Below, piece after piece: positions 1 to 8,160 of a stretch of DNA of 64,000 nucleotides. Position 1 is the stretch's first letter. Each line of letters opens with the position of its first letter. The notes beneath the pieces were generated by a model. The model was not told the DNA's origin. It ran no database searches and saw only the letters and a list, made by a program, of their open reading frames with translations. This stretch comes from Planctomycetota bacterium (GTDB taxonomy: Bacteria > Planctomycetota > UBA8108 > SXIK01), in the NCBI GenBank assembly GCA_965223265.1, contig OZ244999.1:8832001-8896000 (forward strand). The letters are read 5' to 3'. A program made the translations under genes and the position numbers.

Positions 1-1213
1 GCATCTCGAACTGGACGTACGCGAGGATTTCCTGCTCTGCGGCGCGGATGAGGCCGTAGGCGACGTCGAAAAGGTTGTGAGACGCGATGCCGACGTGGAC
101 ACACTTGATGTTCTCCGCCTTGAACGCCTCGTGGAGCATGCGTTTGTAGTTTGCGTCCACCTCTTTCTTCGTACTGAGGATCGGCTGCGGCCAACCATGG
201 ATGGACGCATCGACACGCTCCATCTCCATGTTGGCCCCTTTCACGATGCGGATGGTCACCGGGGCGCCGCCGGCCGCGGCGCGAGCACGAGCCCACACAT
301 TGATCTGCTTCTGCAGCGCGAACGAATCCGGTAGATACGCTTGCAGGGCGATCCCCGCCGAGGCGTGTTCGAGCCCGGGGCGAGAGAGTGTGCGCATGAA
401 TGCCTCTGCCGTCAAGACGGCGTCACGGTACTCCTCCATGTCGAGATAAACGAACTTTGGAACCACTGAGCCGTCGAAGCGCTCGAAGCGGTGTTTCGCG
501 GCCGCTCGATACAACAGTTCCAGACGATCGCACAAGATGTTGAGCGTGTGATCCGCCGCCAACGTTGAGATTTGCGAGTAGAGAGTCGAGATCTTAACGG
601 AGATGACTTCGATCTCCGGGAGCTGAAGCGCATGAAGGTAGAGCGCCAAGCGCCGCTCAGCTTCTGCCTCTCCGAGGAGCGCTTCGCCGACGTAGTTGAC
701 GTTCATACGCATCCCGCTCTGCTTCCGCGCGCTCAAGTGGGGTGCCAGCAGGTCATGTTCGGCCGGCAGAATGACGTTTGCGGTCTCTTCTCGCATCTTG
801 TCTTTCACCAGTGGCACTGCGACTCCCGGGAGATAGCTGCCGAAGGACTGGAAGCCGCGCAAGAGCGTTCGCTCTACTGGACTGAAAAAGCGAGGGACGC
901 CTTGGATGTCGAGAATGTGAACGAGTTGATCCACCGCTCGTTCCGGGTCCGCCGATCGAAACGCTTGGTCCGTCAATTGAGTCAGCGTCGCCTTGTCGCG
1001 CGGACGCTGCATCATCCGCTCGAGCTCAGCCTGCTGCTTCTTCTCTTCGGGTGTCTGCAGCGCGGTGGCTTTTTCCTGCAAACCCCGGGCGAGGAGCACT
1101 GCCTTTTGAATCGCTGGGGCGATCGAACTGTCGGGATTGACGACAGCGGCGTCGAGGAGTCTTTTGAGCCGTGAACGGGAGGTCTCGTCAAGTTGAGCGC
1201 GGACGCTATCCAT
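1..1213 (-). CDS. putA: Bifunctional proline dehydrogenase / P5C dehydrogenase, 5' part (runs off the window)
   Basis: Manual minus-strand translation from ATG at 1213 (AAGGAAAAG upstream): MDSVRAQLDE...LTQLTDQAFRS...IRIVKGANMEME...VDANYKRML...GIASHNLFD...QFEM, which are PRODH motifs. Absent from the ORF track because it is open at the window edge. Confidence 0.9.
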   Translation of the reverse strand, partial: MDSVRAQLDETSRSRLKRLLDAAVVNPDSSIAPAIQKAVLLARGLQEKATALQTPEEKKQQAELERMMQRPRDKATLTQLTDQAFRSADPERAVDQLVHILDIQGVPRFFSPVERTLLRGFQSFGSYLPGVAVPLVKDKMREETANVILPAEHDLLAPHLSARKQSGMRMNVNYVGEALLGEAEAERRLALYLHALQLPEIEVISVKISTLYSQISTLAADHTLNILCDRLELLYRAAAKHRFERFDGSVVPKFVYLDMEEYRDAVLTAEAFMRTLSRPGLEHASAGIALQAYLPDSFALQKQINVWARARAAAGGAPVTIRIVKGANMEMERVDASIHGWPQPILSTKKEVDANYKRMLHEAFKAENIKCVHVGIASHNLFDVAYGLIRAAEQEILAYVQFEM

Positions 1214-1337
1214 CACTTTTCCTTTTGAAGGCGGTCGACTCCCTATCCGTGCGCGGGTTGGCTCATCGCCCAACTACGGACGACAACCGCCGGAGTCGAT
1301 GTAGTATACTCTCCGCTTTGAGTGGGAGGGAATTCAC

Positions 1338-2675
1338 GTGTCTGTGCGGACGATTCTTGAGATTATCGTGTGGTCTCTTGCGACGGTTCTCCTCGTGGCT
1401 TGCGCCACGATTGACGAGGACGAAATCGAAGTCGGCGCTACCCAGCTGACGAGCATCGTCGTCAATGAAACGGTGCAGCGCGGTGGTGTTGATTGGCCTG
1501 GTTGGCGCGGCGCCGACGGGGATGGCTTCGTTCGTGGACTCGAGATACCACTGGCGTCATTGTCGTCCGCGCGGTGGAAGGAGAGTTGGCGTAGACACGT
1601 CGGGAGCGGATACTCCGGCGTCATCGTCACCGGCGAGCGCGTGTATTGTCTCGCACGCCAGGAGACGGACCATGAGTTCGTCAATTGCTACGATGCAGCG
1701 AGCGGCGACCTGCTCTGGGCTGTGGGGGCCGAAATGGAGCCGTGGAAGCAGCCGTGGATGGCGGGTGGTATCACGAATGGACCGCTCGCCACTCCGACGT
1801 ATGCCGACGGTCACGTTTACAGCGTTGGAATTCACGGACGCGTTCGCTGCCACGACGCCGTCACCGGGCGGCTTGTATTCGATGTGAAGCCGGAGAAACT
1901 TGACGCACGGAAGTCCGAGTACTTGTTTGGGCACGCAAGTTCACCGATTGTCTACGGTGGTCTAGTGATCGTATCGCTCGCAAGTGGCAAGGGAGGAAGC
2001 GTCGTGGCCCTCGATGCGAGCGATGGTTCACTGGTTTGGCGGGCTTTGCCTGAGACCGTCGCCTACACCTCCCCGGCGATGATGGAGGTCGATGGCGTCC
2101 CGATGCTCGTCGTACGTTCATGGGAACGCATCGTCGGGCTGGCGCCGGAAAGCGGCGAGATCCTTTGGCAACACGCGGCCGTAGCGCGCGGCATGCGCCG
2201 CGACTGCGCCTCCCCGGTCATCGCTGGCAACCTCGTGTTCGTCACGAACGAGTACCACGGCACCATCGCGCTACAAGTGTCGTCGAACGACGACGGCGCT
2301 TGGCAGGCCGAGCGACTCTACCGTAGCGGCGGGCTCGCCGCATCTACCTCCACACCGGTGTACGTCAGTGGCAGCCTTTACGGTCTGCACAAACGGGGGC
2401 GATTCGTCTGCATCGACGCGAACAGCGGCCGGCGCCGATGGGGCGTGAAGAAGTTCGACCAACACGCGTGTGTCATCGCGTCAGGATCCCATGGGTTGGT
2501 CCTCGATAATCGAGGTCTCCTTGCGCTCGTCAAGTTCGATTCAGAGCACGCTACGGTGTTGAGAGAGTGGACGATTGGGGCCGATACGTGGGGACATCCC
2601 GCAGCGGTCCGAAATCGACTGTTCTTCCGCGACGGCGAGGATCTCGTCTGCGTTGAGCTCGTGACGTCCCAGTGA
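1338..2675 (+). CDS. PQQ-binding-like beta-propeller protein (possible lipoprotein)
   Basis: Signal peptide with LVAC; DWPGWRG, GYSG, ATP, SSP, YTSP and ASP blade motifs typical of planctomycete PQQ-like propellers. Confidence 0.85.
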   Translation: MSVRTILEIIVWSLATVLLVACATIDEDEIEVGATQLTSIVVNETVQRGGVDWPGWRGADGDGFVRGLEIPLASLSSARWKESWRRHVGSGYSGVIVTGERVYCLARQETDHEFVNCYDAASGDLLWAVGAEMEPWKQPWMAGGITNGPLATPTYADGHVYSVGIHGRVRCHDAVTGRLVFDVKPEKLDARKSEYLFGHASSPIVYGGLVIVSLASGKGGSVVALDASDGSLVWRALPETVAYTSPAMMEVDGVPMLVVRSWERIVGLAPESGEILWQHAAVARGMRRDCASPVIAGNLVFVTNEYHGTIALQVSSNDDGAWQAERLYRSGGLAASTSTPVYVSGSLYGLHKRGRFVCIDANSGRRRWGVKKFDQHACVIASGSHGLVLDNRGLLALVKFDSEHATVLREWTIGADTWGHPAAVRNRLFFRDGEDLVCVELVTSQ

Positions 2676-2846
2676 GACTGGGCAAGAATTTGGCGCGGCG
2701 GTTTGAGGGGGAGACAGGGGCGAAGACGGATCCAGATCCAGATACGGACCCGACAGTTGCATAAGTTTTCGCAGGAAGGGCTCAGAAACCCTTTCCCTGA
2801 GGTTCGATCGGCAGTTGAGGGACGTCGTGGCGGACCTCACGTTTGG

Positions 2847-3140
2847 TGAGGGTGACGGTGTGCCGTGTTCCCCCTCGCCCACGCACACCCACACGCAAAC
2901 TCTCACTCAATCGCAATCGCGCACGGGCTGTTAAGGCGCGTCTCTTTTGCAACGTTGGGGACAGAGTCAGAATCAGAGACGGATGGCGGATAGAGATACA
3001 GAAGCAGATGACAGAGTCAGAGACGGATGGCGGATAGAGATACAGAAGCAGATGACAGAGTCAGAGACGGAGACAGACACAGATACAGATACAGATGCAG
3101 AGTCAGAGACGGACTCGGATGACGGAGACAGGGCCAGACG
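2847..3140. repeat. Low-complexity tract with a 44-bp tandem repeat (2973-3071) and degenerate hexamers (CAGAnn/CGGAnn)
   Basis: TCAGAGACGGATGGCGGATAGAGATACAGAAGCAGATGACAGAG starts at 2973 and 3017, with a partial copy at 3061; hexamer periodicity continues to about 3140. Confidence 0.9.
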
Positions 3141-3206
3141 GTACAGAAGTCGCAGGCGCCGTGAGCAGCGCCCGCTACGAAAGCAGCGGGCGCTTGGGCG
3201 CCTCGC

Positions 3207-3395
3207 TCAGCGCGTGAGGCCGCTGAGAAGAGCTAGGAGTCGATCGAGGGTCTGGAGAGGCACTGAGACGTCTTCGGTCTTGAGATCGCCCCGGGCCACA
3301 GAGAGCTGCAAGGCAGTCTCGACCTCCCGGGCACTGCCGCGGGCAACGCGGTAGAGGTGCAGTCGATCCTCCCCAGCGCGCTCGGCGAGGGCACC
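3207..3395 (-). pseudogene. Four-helix-bundle protein (23S rRNA IVP / Avd-like), 3' half only
   Basis: DRLHLYRVARGSAREVETAL...LDRLLALLSGL matches the C-terminal half of the family. The N-terminal half is missing where the recombinase element begins. Confidence 0.7.
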
Positions 3396-3427
3396 CTTGA
3401 CCACGGGTAGCCCACACTGATGTTGGT

Positions 3428-3877
3428 TTGACGACCGTAACGGTCTTCTATCCCTACCACCCCCTTGCGGGACGCTCTCTGCCGGTCGTTCGGCGGACCT
3501 CGAGAGAACCGCCCTGCTACTTGGTTCAAATCGAGAAGCGCCAGCTCTTGGTGCCGTGCTGGATGACCGAGGAGAGCGCTATGTGGGTGGAGCTGTGTAG
3601 ATCGCCCCACATCGACGTGGAGGAGCTCCTCGTCATTGCGGCGATCGTAGAGTCTCGACTCCAAGAAGCACCATCGTCCATCCTTGACTCAGAACCAACT
3701 CGAACCAAGGAGGAGGACGATGGTGTGGACGCAGCTTACTCTACCGTTCTTGCCGCCGGAAGATCAAAGCGTGCTCGCAGTGCTGAGCGCGAAGGAGCGG
3801 GAGGAAATCGCTCGGGCAGTGGCGATTCTCCTGCAGGCGATCATCGAGAACCACGGTGTGGAGGGCGAGAACGATGA
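3428..3877 (+). CDS. Recombinase-associated small protein (Y4bD/Y4pK- or DUF5372-like)
   Basis: VTVFYPYHPLAGRSL...VPCWMT motif resembles the small ORFs found upstream of this recombinase type. The start is a weak TTG. Confidence 0.6.
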   Translation: MTTVTVFYPYHPLAGRSLPVVRRTSREPPCYLVQIEKRQLLVPCWMTEESAMWVELCRSPHIDVEELLVIAAIVESRLQEAPSSILDSEPTRTKEEDDGVDAAYSTVLAAGRSKRARSAEREGAGGNRSGSGDSPAGDHREPRCGGRER

Positions 3878-3887
3878 GGATCGATAG
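3720..3887 (+). CDS. Small hypothetical protein overlapping the recombinase start
   Basis: Strong SD AAGGAGGAGG before ATG 3720; MVWTQLTLPF...EIARAVAILLQ; overlaps the recombinase start by 14 nt. Confidence 0.65.
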   Translation: MVWTQLTLPFLPPEDQSVLAVLSAKEREEIARAVAILLQAIIENHGVEGENDEDR

Positions 3888-5964
3888 CAATCATCCAGGT
3901 GGCGTCACTACCGAGCACCTCAGGCGCGCGGCAGTAGTATACATTCGTCAATCGTCGCCAACACAGGTGAAGAACAACGAAGAGAGCACGCGCCTGCAAC
4001 GCGAACTGAGGCACAAGGCGGTCGATCTTGGCTGGCGCGAGCCGATTCTCATCGAGGACGATCTCGGCGAGTCGGCTTCTGGATTCGTCGATCGCCCCGG
4101 CTTCGAGAAACTGAAGAGCTGGGTCATTGCCGGGGAAGTCGGGATTATCTTCTGTCTCGAGATTTCCCGACTGTCGAGGAATTCGGTGGACTGGGCGCGA
4201 CTGATGGAGCTTTGTCAGCACTTCAATACGCTGATCGCGGACACCGAGCAGGTCTACGATCTGTCGCTCTCTAACGACAGACTGTTGATCGGCATCCGTG
4301 GCTCGATCTCAGAAGCCGAGCTTGCGACGATTCGCTTGCGATTGCGCCTAGGTCAGCAGGCGAAAGCGAAGCGAGGTGAGCTGTGGATTCAGTTACCGAT
4401 CGGCTACGTCTACGACGACACTGAGATTGTCTTCGATCCCGACGAGAGAATCCGTACCGCGATCCGCCGTGTCTTTCAGGACTTCCGTGGCTCCAGTAGT
4501 GCCCGACAGCTCGCATTGCATTACCGAGACGCGGGGATCGAGTTTCCGAGTCGGGGCTTGGGCAACAAGACGGTCAGGTGGGCGGTGCCGTCGGCCAAGT
4601 CGCTACACAACCTCCTGGTCAATCCGACCTATGCTGGAGTCTACGCTTGGGGTCGTTCAAGGACGACAAGCAAGATCGCCGATGGGAGGCTGGTCAAACA
4701 GCGTGAACGTCGGCAAGATCCTGGTGAAGCTCGGGTGATGATCCGTGACCATCACCCAGCCTACATCGATTGGTCAGAGTACGAAGCGAACTTGAAGAAG
4801 CTATCGCAGAATCGACCGCGAAGAGGGCTCGACGGCAACCGAGGAGCCGCGCGGGAAGGCCAGGCTCTCCTGGCGGGGATGTTGCGTTGTGGTCACTGTG
4901 GCGATCAGCTGAAGGTCCGGTACCGATACGAGAAGGCCTTCTATTACTGCGACGGCACACGAAAGGGGAACTCACGCATTTGTCTCTCTGTTGGGGCATG
5001 TCGCGTTGACCCGATCGTCGCGCAGCAGTTGTGTCGAGCGCTTGACTCCTCGGGGATCGAGGCTGCGACCAGGGCGTTCGAGCAGATCGAGAAGAGCCGA
5101 GCCGACGAGTTGAACTACGCGAAGCAGCAGGTCGAGGCTGCGCAGTACGCCGCCAGTCATGCATTCGAACAGTTCGACGCGTGCGATCCGAGGAATCGCC
5201 TTGTTGCGGACAACCTCGAGAAACGTCTCAACGACAAGCTTCAGCGGCTTGCCGAGGCAAAGGAGACACTCCACAAGCAGCAGTCGTCGAGATTGACGTT
5301 GACTGTCGCAGAGCGAAAACGTCTCGAGACTCTCGCACGGAACTTCCAGTTGGTCTGGCGATCGACGATTGATGTCAGGCTGAAGAAGACTCTGCTGCGA
5401 GCAGCGATTCACGAGATCATGATCAAGGAGAGCGGCGAGCTCGTTGGATCCAATCGGCAAAGTCGCCGCCTGGAATTGACGATTCACTGGAAGGGCGGCG
5501 TACACTCTACCTCCGAGCTGTTGCGATTCCCCTCTCCGAAGGCATCAAGGGAAGTTTCGGTGCTCGAGCTGATCAAGCGGCTCAGCGCCGCGGCGCATAG
5601 TGACAGCGAGATTGCCTTAGTGCTTAACAGACGAAGGCTCACGACCACACGGTGGACCAAAGACAAGGTGACCGAATTTCGCAAACACAACGGTATCAAT
5701 TCAGCGCAGTCCTCCGATGATGCGTTGTCGATGAACGGCGCCAGCAAGTACCTAGGAGTTTCCTCGATAGCATTACGTACGCTTGTCGAACGAGGATTGA
5801 TCAGGAAAAACCAAGTCGCCGAGTTCGCCCCCTGGCGCGTCTCTCGCCACGAGCTGGACTCCCCAGGAGTCCGGAGCCTCGTGGCGACGCTCAAGGCGAC
5901 GGGTCGATTCCCGCCTAAGGAGGGCTGCGCGAAGAACCAGATGACGCTCTTCGACGACCTATGA
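3874..5964 (+). CDS. Large serine recombinase (resolvase, recombinase, zinc ribbon and C-terminal HTH domains)
   Basis: AVVYIRQSS catalytic serine motif, EISRLSRN, LPIGY, NPTYAG, HPAYI, LLAGMLRCGHCG...YYC. Confidence 0.93.
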   Translation: MRIDSNHPGGVTTEHLRRAAVVYIRQSSPTQVKNNEESTRLQRELRHKAVDLGWREPILIEDDLGESASGFVDRPGFEKLKSWVIAGEVGIIFCLEISRLSRNSVDWARLMELCQHFNTLIADTEQVYDLSLSNDRLLIGIRGSISEAELATIRLRLRLGQQAKAKRGELWIQLPIGYVYDDTEIVFDPDERIRTAIRRVFQDFRGSSSARQLALHYRDAGIEFPSRGLGNKTVRWAVPSAKSLHNLLVNPTYAGVYAWGRSRTTSKIADGRLVKQRERRQDPGEARVMIRDHHPAYIDWSEYEANLKKLSQNRPRRGLDGNRGAAREGQALLAGMLRCGHCGDQLKVRYRYEKAFYYCDGTRKGNSRICLSVGACRVDPIVAQQLCRALDSSGIEAATRAFEQIEKSRADELNYAKQQVEAAQYAASHAFEQFDACDPRNRLVADNLEKRLNDKLQRLAEAKETLHKQQSSRLTLTVAERKRLETLARNFQLVWRSTIDVRLKKTLLRAAIHEIMIKESGELVGSNRQSRRLELTIHWKGGVHSTSELLRFPSPKASREVSVLELIKRLSAAAHSDSEIALVLNRRRLTTTRWTKDKVTEFRKHNGINSAQSSDDALSMNGASKYLGVSSIALRTLVERGLIRKNQVAEFAPWRVSRHELDSPGVRSLVATLKATGRFPPKEGCAKNQMTLFDDL

Positions 5965-6157
5965 AGGTAAATCGACCGGGTTGTATCAAAGATTCGTCAG
6001 ATTACGTCGGCTTACACCGAAAGGACTTACGACAGCGGAAGGTTGGAGGTGCATTGTGTGCTCGACTTCACACCCGTGAGCACCGCGTACGCTCGACAAT
6101 GACCGCCGCCGTACGGTGACCCGGGTTCCCCCTCCCCCTCCCCCTCTCGCAAGAGCG

Positions 6158-6610
<453 letters not shown>

Positions 6611-6633
6611 GGACTCCCCCCGGCGCCCGAACG

Positions 6634-8160
6634 TCAGCTTGCGCCTTTGTCGAGCAGCCCCTTTGCCACGGCCGCGTGCGTCAGCGATGGATCCGTCAGC
6701 GTTTCTTCGCGGCCGGAATGCTCGTACGTCAGCGTCTCGTGGTTAATCCCCAGTTGGTGCAGGATCGTCGCGTGGAGGTCCGCAACGCTGACTCGATCGA
6801 CCGCGGCGCGGTAGCCGACCTCGTCAGTCGCGCCGTGAATGTGGCCGCGCCGAAAGCCGCCGCCGGCGACCCAGAGAGAAAAAGCGTTGCGGTTGTGATC
6901 CCGCCCGGTGCCGTTTTGCGACACGGGTAGCCGCCCGAACTCACCGGACCAAAGGACAATCGTGCTGTCGAGAAGGCCGCGCTCTTTGAGATCGCGGACG
7001 AGACCTGCTGCCGGGAGATCTGTCTCACCGCAGATGTCGTCGAGACCTGAGCGCGTCTTGTTGTGGGTGTCCCACGGTTGGAACGGCTTCGGATGCACCT
7101 GCACGAAACGCACCCCAAGCTCGACGAGTTTGCGGGCCATCAGACAGCGTAGGCCGTAGCTTCTCGTCTTTGCATCATCGAGGCCGTAGAGGCGGCGGAC
7201 TTCTTCGGTTTCATTCGAGAGATCCAGAACGCGAGCCGCCTCGAGCTGCATGCGCGCGGCGAGCTCGTAGTTTTGGATTCGTGTCTCGAGATCGCTCTCC
7301 AGCGGAAATCGTCTCTGATGGAGACGATTGAGCGAGGCCAGAAAGTCGAGATTGCGGCGTTGTTCCTCGGGTAACTGCTGGCGCGCGGGTCGCAGATTGA
7401 GGATTGGAGAGCCTTCGGAACTGAACTCCGTGCCGCGGAAGAGAGCAGGCAACCAGCCGGAAGTCCACGTCAGGGTGCCGCTGGTGTTGTATCCCTTCGG
7501 GTCACGGAGGACGACGTACGCGGGGAGACTTTGGTTTTCGGTCCCGAGCGCGTAGGTGATCCATGATCCGAACGTCGGCCTGCCCTGAAAGATCTTTCCC
7601 GTCATGAACATGACGAGACCTTCTGTGTGGTTGTTGTGCCCCGTGTGCATGGATCGAACGAGACAGAGATCGTCTGCAACGCTTCCGATGTGCGGGATCA
7701 CGTCAGCCAGCTGCATCCCACATTTCCCGTAGCGCTGAAATCTGAATGGACTCCCCAGGAGCCGATTCTCCTCGCTTCCAGCCTGAAACATCTCGACCTT
7801 GATCGAGTGCTGCTTGCCGTTGTAGCGGGTCAGTTCCGGCTTTGGATCGAAGAGATCCATCTGACTCGGACCGCCGTTCTGCATCATCAGGATGACGGCT
7901 TTCGCCTGCGGCTGAAAATGCGGTGACTTCGGTTCCATGCCGAAAGCCTCCGCGGAGCTTCCGACGGAGTCTGCGGCTCGAGCGTTGCGTGGCGCGTCAG
8001 CCGCACCGAGATAGTCCAGAGCGATTCCACCCAACCCGAGTCCCGTGAGAAGGCCGGAGCGCAGTAGGTCTCGCCGAGTTGGGAGGAGCGTCGATGGAGA
8101 GCTCTTTGCCTCGTCGGGCTCGCAGGTTGGAGCCGTGTCGACTCTCGGTTCACTGGACAT
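6634..8160 (-). CDS. DUF1501 domain protein
   Basis: Tat-like TRRDLL; [23 protein letters not shown]; WDTH; GEFGRLP; GRDHN. ATG 8160 overlaps the end of the upstream gene. Confidence 0.92.
   Translation of the reverse strand: MSSEPRVDTAPTCEPDEAKSSPSTLLPTRRDLLRSGLLTGLGLGGIALDYLGAADAPRNARAADSVGSSAEAFGMEPKSPHFQPQAKAVILMMQNGGPSQMDLFDPKPELTRYNGKQHSIKVEMFQAGSEENRLLGSPFRFQRYGKCGMQLADVIPHIGSVADDLCLVRSMHTGHNNHTEGLVMFMTGKIFQGRPTFGSWITYALGTENQSLPAYVVLRDPKGYNTSGTLTWTSGWLPALFRGTEFSSEGSPILNLRPARQQLPEEQRRNLDFLASLNRLHQRRFPLESDLETRIQNYELAARMQLEAARVLDLSNETEEVRRLYGLDDAKTRSYGLRCLMARKLVELGVRFVQVHPKPFQPWDTHNKTRSGLDDICGETDLPAAGLVRDLKERGLLDSTIVLWSGEFGRLPVSQNGTGRDHNRNAFSLWVAGGGFRRGHIHGATDEVGYRAAVDRVSVADLHATILHQLGINHETLTYEHSGREETLTDPSLTHAAVAKGLLDKGAS

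Larger units (their letters stand above)
3398..6058 (+). mobile_element. Large serine recombinase element (two small ORFs plus recombinase); ends approximate
   Basis: Compact overlapping three-gene unit. The left edge coincides with truncation of the four-helix-bundle gene; GGAGGTGCATTGTG lies downstream of the recombinase. Ends are inferred. Confidence 0.7.

Noticed and set aside
572-1174. Plus-strand 200-aa ORF and other long shadow ORFs (e.g. 18496-20343, 36304-37455, 49180-50331)
   Set aside because: Antisense shadows of well-supported genes in high-GC DNA.
2947-3354. ORFs with repeated DGWRIEIQKQMTESET / TDTD
   Set aside because: Translation of the tandem repeat; partly antisense to the four-helix-bundle remnant.
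3207-6058. Diversity-generating retroelement or prophage
   Set aside because: No reverse transcriptase, no TR/VR pair with adenine-specific mismatches, and no phage structural genes.
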